Assembly (NCBI GenBank): GCA_043822785.1
Contig: JBDRBN010000030.1
Location: forward strand, 1 to 21,411
Length of the DNA stretch: 21,411 bases
Reading direction: 5' to 3'
From: Pseudomonadota bacterium
GTDB lineage: Bacteria; UBA10199; 2-02-FULL-44-16; JAAZCA01
In this document: positions 1 to 7,721 of the stretch, in pieces
How the letters are laid out: each line of letters opens with the position of its first letter
How positions within the stretch are numbered: the stretch's first letter is position 1
Program-made: the position numbers and the translations under genes
Notes under the pieces: generated by a model
The model's database searches: none
What the model saw: only the letters and a program-made list of their open reading frames with translations
Told to the model about the DNA's origin: nothing

Positions 1-16
1 TTTTCTCATGTCTAGG

Positions 17-102
17 TGTCATTGCGAGGAGCGTTTAGCGACGAAGCAATCTCCCGCAAACACAGGTTATAAGGGGATTGCTTCGCTTTGCTCGCAATGA
101 CA
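17..102. repeat. REP/RPE-like palindromic element (GTCATTGCGAG...GAAGCAATC type)
   Basis: TGTCATTGCGAG (17-28) is the exact reverse complement of CTCGCAATGACA (91-102). CGAAGCAATC (42-51) pairs with GATTGCTTCG (76-85). Intergenic. Confidence 0.8.
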
Positions 103-139
103 TCCATGAAAAACATGCAGTTCTAACGCAACAACAGTG

Positions 140-271
140 CAAATCACAAATTCCAAACAAATCCCAAATTCCAATGTCCAAATGACCAAAACAACGACCT
201 AAACAAGTTTGGAATTTGGAGTTTTGGTAATTGGAATTTGTTTGGTCATTGGTATTTGGTGCTTGGAATTT
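140..271. repeat. Imperfect inverted repeat built from ~7-nt units (NNNNCAA left arm, TTGGNNN right arm)
   Basis: Left arm units ATCACAA-ATTCCAA-ACAA-ATCCCAA-ATTCCAA-TGTCCAA-ATGACCAA (to ~192). Right arm (207-271) consists of TTGG units. AATGACCAAA (181-190) is the exact reverse complement of TTTGGTCATT (241-250). Confidence 0.75.
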
Positions 272-277
272 CATTTT

Positions 278-745
278 TTACCGTTGTTGCCTCTGTCCCG
301 GCGCGGCTTGCCCTGCCTGCGCTCCACCTGCGGGCTCAGCTATCACCTGCACATAAAACTCACGCCTTTTGCCTGCCTTTTCAAGATCTATGAGAACTGG
401 TTCTTCCCGCACGCCAAGTACCAGTTTCCCTTTGCTAAGAGGAATCTGCATGGCTTTTCCCAACATGGCAGCTGCTATCCTGGGACCTATGTCGATCTCC
501 TGTTTGCGCCTATCCTTTGTGCGAACACCCTCGCCTGGAAATATCCTAAGCGCTTCCTTAAACTGTTCTATGATATCTGGCAGAGGCTCGATCAGTGCTA
601 GCGCACCCCCCGCCTCTGGCACAGAGATGTTAACCGAACCCTCTTGTGCCTTCGACTCTGTGATAGTCTGGTTAACCTCATGAATGATGGTCATTACATC
701 CACATCAGAAGTAGTATTTACGAAGTAATTTTTTAACAAAATCAT
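278..745 (-). CDS. YjbQ/UPF0047 (secondary thiamine-phosphate synthase) family protein, degenerate
   Basis: Size and pattern match YjbQ (EVNQTITESKAQEGSVNISVP; AAAMLGKAMQIPLSKGKLVLG; RREFYVQVIAE). The usual PHTTA, HIK and LGTWQ motifs are altered. Confidence 0.7.
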   Translation of the reverse strand: MILLKNYFVNTTSDVDVMTIIHEVNQTITESKAQEGSVNISVPEAGGALALIEPLPDIIEQFKEALRIFPGEGVRTKDRRKQEIDIGPRIAAAMLGKAMQIPLSKGKLVLGVREEPVLIDLEKAGKRREFYVQVIAEPAGGAQAGQAAPGQRQQR

Positions 746-756
746 AATTATATAAT

Positions 757-1095
757 TGAGGGGTCGGGCTGTTTCGACCCCTCATCCTGAGCGAAGCCGA
801 GCACTAAACTTGTTGAGTGCTCGGCGAAGTCGAAGGATCTCATGAGATCCTTCGGGGAAAAAACTCCCAAGGGGTCAATTTATCGAAGGGGTGGGCCCAA
901 ATGCAATCACTAAAAAGAGGTGTCCTGATAGCCCTAACACCGCAACAGCATTTGGCTTCTTCGTCCTCAGTAAGATCCTTCGGGCGCAAGCACCCTCAGA
1001 CTTGTCCTGAGCCCTTCGACTCATTTCATTCGCTCAGGGTAAACTCCGCCGAAGGGATGAGGCCTCGGGAAAAAAACTCCCTGAGGGATCATTTT
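757..1095. repeat. Cluster of nested REP-like palindromes (CCTGAGCGAAG...CGAAGGATCT family)
   Basis: Hairpins 757-766/775-784 and 796-805/816-825; perfect 24-bp palindrome 831-854; stem 897-904/948-955; second AGATCCTTCGGG copy at 973; CCTGAGC...GCTCAGG at ~1006-1038; near-duplicated GGGAAAAAA(A)CTCCC at ~855 and ~1067. Confidence 0.7.
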
Positions 1096-1170
1096 TATTG
1101 TCGAAAGATATTTGATTTGATATGAGCTTCGTCAATATCAATTGTGCAATCTCTATAAGGAGGAGTTGGT

Positions 1171-1785
1171 ATGCGTACAAAAGATGTTCTTACCACATTC
1201 GAAGCTGCAAAGCTGTGCCGCGTAAGTTACAACACAATCAAGAACTGGATCAAAAAAGATCTGCTAAGCGCATATCGCACTGCTGGCGGCCATCTGCGCA
1301 TAAAAGCCGATGATTTGCGCGTATTCTGCCGTGAGCATGGCATTCCCATGGATGAAAAAGCAACGCCTGTGCGCAGAAAGGTTCTCATTGTCGATGATGA
1401 AGAAGCGATTCGCATTGCCATCCACGATGCGCTTTCAAACTATCCGGAAAAACTCGACATATACACAGCTTCTGATGGTTTTGAAGCTGGCACACAGATG
1501 GAATCCGTGCGTCCTGATATCGTTATTTTAGATCTAGTCATGCCAGGGATGGATGGCTTTAAAGTATGTCAGAACATACGCCGCTCTGAGGCTCTTAGCC
1601 ACGTCAAGATAATGGTGCTTACAGGCTTTGGCTCTGATCGCAATATGGAACGCGCACAGGATCTGGGGGCAGACGTATGCCTTACAAAGCCTATTGATCG
1701 AAACTCACTCTTCCAAGCCGTAGAGAAATTATTAAAACCTCGCCGCGGCGTTCGCGCCTCAAAGAAAAACAAGAAAAAAGGCTGA
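1171..1785 (+). CDS. Response regulator with N-terminal excisionase-like/MerR-type HTH and C-terminal receiver domain
   Basis: LTTFEAAKLCRVSYNTIKNWI...YRTAGGHLRI (HTH_17-like). Receiver motifs VDDE, ILDLVMPGMDG, LTG, TKP. SD AAGGAGGAG just upstream. Confidence 0.92.
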   Translation: MRTKDVLTTFEAAKLCRVSYNTIKNWIKKDLLSAYRTAGGHLRIKADDLRVFCREHGIPMDEKATPVRRKVLIVDDEEAIRIAIHDALSNYPEKLDIYTASDGFEAGTQMESVRPDIVILDLVMPGMDGFKVCQNIRRSEALSHVKIMVLTGFGSDRNMERAQDLGADVCLTKPIDRNSLFQAVEKLLKPRRGVRASKKNKKKG

Positions 1786-1797
1786 GTCTGAGGAAAT

Positions 1798-2163
1798 ATG
1801 AAGATAATACTAGCGATTCTTGTTAGCCTATTTTTTGCTGCATGCGGAAGCAGCGGTACCTGCAGCTATGATATTACTACAATCGCCAATGGAAGCAGCT
1901 CATCTGCTGCAACCAATTATTGGTCATGTCAGGCAAACGGTAGCATTTGGTCCTTTCAGTTCTTCACTGACGGCACAGGCTGGGATTCGCAAGGCGGTTC
2001 ATTTGCATGGAAACAAACAGGTTGCCGAGATGTTCAAATTGAAAATGCAGGGGGCCTCTATTATATTACCGATATAACCGGCAGCGCTGATTCAGGTATA
2101 ATCGACCTAACGCAGGGTGGTCTTGATGTCTCGTGTGTGCTCATATCAGGAAGTCCAACATAA
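1798..2163 (+). CDS. Hypothetical lipoprotein (small, beta-rich, several Cys)
   Basis: Signal peptide with lipobox FAAC; SD GAGG; starts 12 nt after the regulator stop. Confidence 0.75.
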   Translation: MKIILAILVSLFFAACGSSGTCSYDITTIANGSSSSAATNYWSCQANGSIWSFQFFTDGTGWDSQGGSFAWKQTGCRDVQIENAGGLYYITDITGSADSGIIDLTQGGLDVSCVLISGSPT

Positions 2164-2334
2164 CCTTTCACACGGCTTTAGTTCGTCACATCCATTGTCT
2201 TAAATAATACTTGTATGCACCTCTGCCACAGCTGAGGCAAGCGCCCCTACCGTGCTGCAAAAGCCCTTGGCGTTTCGCCTAGATATTTTTACAAGATCAT
2301 GAAGAAGTTCAAATAGAAAAAAATGTGACAAACA

Positions 2335-3708
2335 TCACTGCGAGGCGTTTGTGCCAAGATGTCTTTCAATAGCCAAAGCCAATTTCTGTGCGCATTCCTT
2401 GGTGGTTTTTTCATCGTCCGATTCAACAGTTACCCGCGCTACCATCTCAGTGCCCGAGTAACGCAGCACGACGCGACCTCTTCCTTCAAGCCTATGTTCT
2501 ATATCATGTCTCAGCTGAGTGATCTCTGGAATTTGATCAATATCGATCTTTTCCCTAACCGCGACATTGATCGTCTTCTGAGGGAAAGGCTTAAATGGCT
2601 CTACCAGGTGACTTAGCGGCTCTCTTTGCTGTTGCATAATGGATAAGATTCTGAGCGCTGCAAGTATCGCATCGCCCGTAGTGCTGTGATGCAAGTAAAT
2701 CAAATGCCCACAGCTTTCGCCGCCAAGATTGATGTTGTGTTCTTTCATGTAGGAGATGACCTTTTGATCCCCTACTTCAGTCCTCACTACTGATATGCCA
2801 AGCTTTTTTAAAGCCATATCAAGGCCGTAGTTGGTCATAGCCGTGCCTACGACAGTGTTGCCGCCCAAACGCCCTTTTGAATGAAGATGACGTGCCGAGA
2901 TATAGAGTATGCCGTCGCCATCAACCAGATTGCCCTTGTCATCTGAGAGCAGCAGGCGATCAGCATCTCCATCAACTGTTATACCGATATCAGCGCCAGA
3001 CCTTGTAGTGAGGTTACAAATCTTTTCTGGATAAAGTGCTCCACATCCATCGTTTATGTTATAACCGCTGGGACTATCGGCCATGATGACAACTTCAGCG
3101 CCCAGCTCAGAAAATACAGCAGGAGCCACCTTGTACGCAGCGCCGTTTGCGGCATCCACAGCTATCTTCAAACCCTTGAGGGTCAGCCGATATGGAAAAC
3201 GCTCTTTGAGATACTGAACGTAACGGCCGCTGGCATCATCGATCTGTAAAATTTTACCAACCTTATCAGGTTTTGCGAGATTCTGTTCAAACTTGCGGTT
3301 ATGAATTATATCCTCTACTTCGCTCTCCTGCTGCTCGCTGAGCTTAAATCCGTCTTCACCAAATAGTTTTAATCCATTGTGATCTGCTGGATTGTGAGAA
3401 GCGGATATGACGATTCCCATACGAGCACGCATGGACCTGCAAATAAAAGCTATTCCGGGCGTGGGCAAAGGTCCGGTTCTGACGACATCGACGCCCATGG
3501 AGGTGACGCCGCTGGATAGGGCTGTTTCCAGCATATAGCCTGAAAGCCTGGTATCCTTGCCAATAACGATCTTGGGGAGCTCGCCGCTGTTGCGCGAAAA
3601 ATAGGCAGCTGCGCGGCCCAGGGCCACAGCGACCTCTGTGTTCATGTCTGGCGAGTTGGCAAGCCCGCGAATACCATCTGTGCCAAAGAGTTTTGTGTTT
3701 GAGTTCAT
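2335..3708 (-). CDS. glmM: Phosphoglucosamine mutase (start re-assigned to ATG 3708, MNSNTKLFGTDG)
   Basis: LFGTDGIRG, GKDTRLSGYMLE, catalytic-Ser loop VISASHNP, metal loop DGDADR, GGESCGH, RYSGTE. Starting at 3708 removes the overlap with the divergent ORF. Confidence 0.9.
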   Translation of the reverse strand: MNSNTKLFGTDGIRGLANSPDMNTEVAVALGRAAAYFSRNSGELPKIVIGKDTRLSGYMLETALSSGVTSMGVDVVRTGPLPTPGIAFICRSMRARMGIVISASHNPADHNGLKLFGEDGFKLSEQQESEVEDIIHNRKFEQNLAKPDKVGKILQIDDASGRYVQYLKERFPYRLTLKGLKIAVDAANGAAYKVAPAVFSELGAEVVIMADSPSGYNINDGCGALYPEKICNLTTRSGADIGITVDGDADRLLLSDDKGNLVDGDGILYISARHLHSKGRLGGNTVVGTAMTNYGLDMALKKLGISVVRTEVGDQKVISYMKEHNINLGGESCGHLIYLHHSTTGDAILAALRILSIMQQQREPLSHLVEPFKPFPQKTINVAVREKIDIDQIPEITQLRHDIEHRLEGRGRVVLRYSGTEMVARVTVESDDEKTTKECAQKLALAIERHLGTNASQ

Positions 3709-3786
3709 AACATGATATGGTGCCATAATTTTCAAGACCTCGCAAGCGGATTGACATATCTTAATAACCACAGAAAGGGCCAAAGA

Positions 3787-4944
3787 ATGTCACAGACCAA
3801 AAGGGTATTCAAAAAGGTCTCCACTCCTTTTGAAAACTTCCATCCCACCGCAGCACTACTCATGATCAATGCTGTTGATCCACAAATCAATACGCTCAAG
3901 GTATTTCTCGAGGCCATAAACGATGCAGAGCTAAAACGCGTTGTAGTGCTAAACAAGATGGATTTGGTAAGCGATGACTTTGGAGAACTGGAAAATGCCC
4001 TGGAGGTTACGCCCCTCAGGCTATCATTGAAGACCGGTGAAGGTTTTGGCGCTGTAAAGGAAAGCATTGATTCCACATTTTCGTCAAAAGACAGGGTCGC
4101 GATCCTAGGCATCTTCAATAGCGGAAAGACCAGCCTCATAAGTAAACTTACGGGCAAGGACCTTAAGATAAGCGACCTTCCTGGAACAACTCTTGAATTC
4201 TCTGAGCATGAATACAACGGCATGACGCTCATCGACACTGTGGGGCAAGTCATCGATGTTAACAAGCCCTATATGGTGAGCATTGATTTTTCTGGATGCA
4301 GAACGCCCGAAGCAAAAATTCAGCGCGTGCTCACCCAAGATGCTGAAGGAATACTGGCAACCATGGAACTGGCTGTACCGCAGATCAAAAAAGTAGTGGA
4401 CCTGATGAAAAGGCAGATCGCTGTAGGAAACAAGATTGTGGTGATTGGCGCTGGCGCATCAGCTCTGGTTGCAATGGAAATGGCTGGCCAGGGCATTGAA
4501 ACCGGGGTTCCCATCATGGTCTTCACAAACAACTTGGCTGAAGCCCAGCCTATTAGCTTTGCAAAAGGCTTTGTTGAGGAGGAAATGGCGCTCGCACGAT
4601 ACATCGCAGGCTCGCTTTACCCTGGAGATGTCATCATTGGCGTATCCGCAAGCGGCGGTACAGGCTTTGTTTACGGCGCCCTTGCAAAAGCAAGAGAAAA
4701 GGGTGCAATCACCGTAGCCATCACAGAAAATATAGATACGCCTCTGGGAAAGGCTGCTGATTACATCATCAAAAGCAATGCAAAGCCTGAAGGACCTTCT
4801 TCGAGCAAGATTCAAGTGGCACATCTAGCCATAGGCCATGCCCTGATGCTGACGTTAGCAGATGAAAGAGGTATTACCGCAGATCAGGCAGTCCAGTATA
4901 TGATGCCCGAGTACGTGCCAACCAAGAAGATGGGAATCAAATGA
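3787..4944 (+). CDS. Fusion of a circularly permuted (YlqF/YawG-type) GTPase domain and a C-terminal SIS domain (start re-assigned to ATG 3787)
   Basis: Motif order is G4 NKMD (3952-3963), G5-like LSLKTGEG, G1 GIFNSGKT (4108-4131), G2 PGTT, G3 DTVG (4234-4245). SIS motifs follow: IGAGAS, GDVIIGVSASGGT, AREKGAITVAIT, TPLGKAADYII. SD-like AGAAAGGG upstream. Confidence 0.85.
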   Translation: MSQTKRVFKKVSTPFENFHPTAALLMINAVDPQINTLKVFLEAINDAELKRVVVLNKMDLVSDDFGELENALEVTPLRLSLKTGEGFGAVKESIDSTFSSKDRVAILGIFNSGKTSLISKLTGKDLKISDLPGTTLEFSEHEYNGMTLIDTVGQVIDVNKPYMVSIDFSGCRTPEAKIQRVLTQDAEGILATMELAVPQIKKVVDLMKRQIAVGNKIVVIGAGASALVAMEMAGQGIETGVPIMVFTNNLAEAQPISFAKGFVEEEMALARYIAGSLYPGDVIIGVSASGGTGFVYGALAKAREKGAITVAITENIDTPLGKAADYIIKSNAKPEGPSSSKIQVAHLAIGHALMLTLADERGITADQAVQYMMPEYVPTKKMGIK

Positions 4945-4945
4945 G

Positions 4946-5371
4946 CTAAGGCTTAATAGCCCAAAGTTTCAATTTATCATCATATTTCCGCTCAAGTAGA
5001 ACTTCTGTCTCCTGCATGAATACCTCTGCGAACGGATAGATCTTTGAACCCTCCATCAAGTGGCCTCCATACAACTCACCTTCTGCTGCTACCATTATAT
5101 GAGCGTGCACGATGATATCACCTTGCTTCATGGTCACATTGCCAAAGGTAGGCAAAAGTTCAAAACAATCCTTAGGCGTTTTGCGCACATTTCGATGCGC
5201 TCCCTTCTCGTACAGGCCATAGGATAGCTCTTTTAATCCGCCAATTAATCCAAAATACGCTGATTTTATACCATTGTCCTCTGCGCACTTCTTAAGGGAA
5301 TTAAGCAGATCTTCTCCCTCGTCAAATCGCGCAACGATGAGCCTTCCCGGCTTAGTGACTGTGCTCTCCAT
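4946..5371 (-). CDS. PPC domain (DUF296) protein
   Basis: VARFDEGEDLLNSLKKCAEDNGIKSA, FELLPTFGNV, VHAHI and YGGHL are typical PPC/AF0104-like motifs. SD GAGGGGG. Confidence 0.9.
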   Translation of the reverse strand: MESTVTKPGRLIVARFDEGEDLLNSLKKCAEDNGIKSAYFGLIGGLKELSYGLYEKGAHRNVRKTPKDCFELLPTFGNVTMKQGDIIVHAHIMVAAEGELYGGHLMEGSKIYPFAEVFMQETEVLLERKYDDKLKLWAIKP

Positions 5372-5572
5372 ATGTCCCCCTCTTAATGAAAGATCTACCG
5401 TAAATGACCAACTTTACTCACGAGCTGAAAATGCATGGACAATTTATATAAATAATTTATTATTAGCACTTACACAATGCCTAACAAAGCTTCAGGTGAC
5501 GATTGTGTAGGTTATTATTATCAAATTCATTAAAAACAAGGGCATTGAATATGTGTGTGGGGGATTTTTAGA

Positions 5573-7204
5573 ATGAATACGTATGAGAATGCAATCGACA
5601 TAAGCATAAGTTACGAAAACAGAAACTTTAAAGGATATATTATAGCATGCATTGCTATTGCTATGGCCGCATTAGCCATAGGCCCCTGGGTATTTTCTTC
5701 ACACTGGATCAGTTCAAGTGATTTTCACGCATCTATAGAGATTTCAAGTTCTCTTATTGCTCTGGCAGCAGGCATTACCTGCCTAATATATTTCTTTGGA
5801 CTGAGCAATCGCTATTACCTGCTAGTTGGGCTTGGTTTTTTTATTGCTGGCAGTGAAGATTTTGTCCACGGCATTCTGTCCTTTACCCGCCTCTTTAAAG
5901 ATGTGGATCTCGATTTTACAACAGCTATTCCATGGACATATGTTTCCGGAAGACTCCTGTTAGCAATTATGATGATCGCTGCGCCTCTTTTAGAGCAAGC
6001 AAAGGGAAAGGCCACAAATGCAAAAGAAGAAGCCTACGATTACTCGATAGTGGCAGTTGTGCTCGGAGGGGGCTTAACATTTTTTGCATTTACACTTCAG
6101 CTCCCTCTATTTATCTACCGCGACAAACTCATATCAAGTCCAATCGACTTCATCATTGCAATATTATTTCTCATCGCTTTTGTGCTCATATTAAAGAGAT
6201 ACATCGCAAAAAGGGATATCTTTTCAGGATGGCTTCTCCTCAGCATCATGTTTAGCTTTTGTGGTGAAGTTTATATGTCATTCTCCAAGCATTTTTTTGA
6301 CTCCTTTTCTGATGTGGCTCATATTGCCAAGATCTTTAGTTATATCATGCCCGTGATGGGAATTGCCCTACAGGGCCTAGAAGAGATGAAAAAGCGCAAC
6401 ATGGAAATTATCATGCGAAAGCAAGCAGAAGTGGAATTGCGAAAATCAGAGGAAAGATTAAAGAAAAATGCGCATGATCTCGAAAAGCTAAATGAAGAAT
6501 TAAGAAAATACGACAAATTAAAATCTAATTTTGTAGCCAACGTCTCTCATGAATTCAACCAACCCTTGACGATAATTAAGGGGTCTCTTGAGTTGCTTCT
6601 AGATGGCTCCTCAGGTGAACTAAATCCCTCACAAATAGATTTTCTGGAACGCACAAAAAAGACCGTAGACCGACTACGCAGATTGGTCACAGACCTTCTG
6701 GATCTTTCCAAGATAGAGACCGGAAAGATGGAGATCAAGCATGATAAGACAGATCTAGCATCACTCATAAATGAAATTCTAAAAACATATGAGATAGAAT
6801 TTTCTAGAAAAAAGTTAGCCCTTAAAACAGATATTGCGCAAAACGTTCAACCAATCTTGGCGGACAGAGACAAACTGAGCCAAGTCTTCATCAACCTTCT
6901 AAACAATGCTATAAAATTCACTCCTGAAGGGGGAACCATCACCGTTAAATCTATGCAAACTGAGAGCGAGGCCCGCTTTGAAATATCCGATACTGGTCAC
7001 GGCATTGCAGAAGAATATTACGAAAAAATATTTGATAAATTTGAGCGCATCACTGCTGAAAAGCAAGAAGGCACGGGTCTAGGCCTTCCTATAGCCAAAG
7101 ATATTGTAAATCTTCACGGAGGGCGAATTTGGGTAGAGAGCAAAATCGGCAAAGGGAGCAAATTCATCGTCATTTTACCGAAGAACTTGGGAGAAACTAA
7201 ATAA
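5573..7204 (+). CDS. Membrane-bound sensor histidine kinase with MASE3-like multi-TM input domain (start re-assigned to ATG 5573)
   Basis: About 7-8 hydrophobic segments including FHASIEISSSLIA. H-box NVSHEFNQPL, N-box NLLNNAIKFT, G1 DTGHGI, F-box IFDKF, G2 GTGLGL. SD GGGGG at 5559-5563. Confidence 0.92.
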   Translation: MNTYENAIDISISYENRNFKGYIIACIAIAMAALAIGPWVFSSHWISSSDFHASIEISSSLIALAAGITCLIYFFGLSNRYYLLVGLGFFIAGSEDFVHGILSFTRLFKDVDLDFTTAIPWTYVSGRLLLAIMMIAAPLLEQAKGKATNAKEEAYDYSIVAVVLGGGLTFFAFTLQLPLFIYRDKLISSPIDFIIAILFLIAFVLILKRYIAKRDIFSGWLLLSIMFSFCGEVYMSFSKHFFDSFSDVAHIAKIFSYIMPVMGIALQGLEEMKKRNMEIIMRKQAEVELRKSEERLKKNAHDLEKLNEELRKYDKLKSNFVANVSHEFNQPLTIIKGSLELLLDGSSGELNPSQIDFLERTKKTVDRLRRLVTDLLDLSKIETGKMEIKHDKTDLASLINEILKTYEIEFSRKKLALKTDIAQNVQPILADRDKLSQVFINLLNNAIKFTPEGGTITVKSMQTESEARFEISDTGHGIAEEYYEKIFDKFERITAEKQEGTGLGLPIAKDIVNLHGGRIWVESKIGKGSKFIVILPKNLGETK

Positions 7205-7239
7205 TAACTTTAACGCAGGGAGGAAATATAAAACGAGTT

Positions 7240-7719
7240 ATGATGGCAGCAATTCTTATGTTGGCATTTGCAACGTATGCCTATGGCCAGCCCAAGCAAT
7301 TGCCAGGTTTTATCCTGCCAGATCCGGATGGCACCAAGCATGCATCTAGCACGCTTGTGAAAAATGGCATGGTGCTGGTAGTCACTGCACCCACACTGCA
7401 CGATAAGGGCGCACAGGAAGGCTGGGATAAATATCTCGTTGATACAATGCCAAAAAGTGGCCCAATATTGATATTTATTGAAGACATGTCAGTTAGTGCC
7501 TGGAAGAACATTGCACAAAAAGATATGAAAAAAGACTGGAAGCCTGGAGTACCTCCCCTGCTTCTTCTCGACGAGGCCGGTTCTGTGCGCAAATCATTAG
7601 GCGTAGGAAGAGATGCAACAGCCGTGCTCGTTTACGATAAGTCCGGCACACTGGTTTACACTGATAAAGAAAGCCCAAGCCTAGCTAGCGCAAAGACTAT
7701 TTGGAGTAAGCTGCAGTAA
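7240..7719 (+). CDS. Secreted thioredoxin/redoxin-fold protein without cysteines (true start may be ATA at 7228)
   Basis: Signal peptide ending AYG. LPGFILPDPDG, LLLDEAGSVRKSLGV and VLVYDKSGTLVY match the redoxin/AhpC-TSA scaffold. No Cys in the translation. Confidence 0.65.
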   Translation: MMAAILMLAFATYAYGQPKQLPGFILPDPDGTKHASSTLVKNGMVLVVTAPTLHDKGAQEGWDKYLVDTMPKSGPILIFIEDMSVSAWKNIAQKDMKKDWKPGVPPLLLLDEAGSVRKSLGVGRDATAVLVYDKSGTLVYTDKESPSLASAKTIWSKLQ

Positions 7720-7721
7720 TT

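Noticed and set aside
1..9. Possible minus-strand gene start (ATG AGA AAA) at the window edge
   Set aside because: Only three codons are visible and there is no clear SD.
17..1095. CRISPR array
   Set aside because: No identical direct repeats separated by unique spacers of regular length and no cas genes; the repeats are palindromic or heptad type.
35..1125. ORFs 35..274, 209..601, 369..683 and 817..1125
   Set aside because: They are translations of repeats or antisense shadows of the yjbQ-like gene, with no recognisable motifs.
746..1170. TPP or other riboswitch upstream of the yjbQ-like gene
   Set aside because: I could not find the TPP core in the correct arrangement on the minus strand; the structure is explained by REP-like units. 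An Infernal scan would be decisive.
2164..2334. Small ORF or ncRNA (e.g. glmS ribozyme) downstream of glmM
   Set aside because: The ATG overlapping the glmM stop gives only 8 codons; only short hairpins (GGCG-AAA-CGCC) and no recognisable RNA consensus.
3709..3786. Overlapping N-terminal extensions of glmM (to 3783) and GTPase-SIS (from 3712); TTGACA at 3751 as a promoter
   Set aside because: The extensions are non-homologous and overlap head-to-head; the TTGACA has no properly spaced -10.
3787..4944. Calling the fusion gmhA, murQ or rbgA
   Set aside because: It lacks the GmhA GNGGS...H..E motif, the MurQ GSTRMK motif and the RbgA C-terminal domain.
5400..7230. Horizontally acquired AT-rich kinase island
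   Set aside because: It looks patchily AT-richer by eye, but there are no flanking repeats or mobility genes and I could not compute composition reliably.
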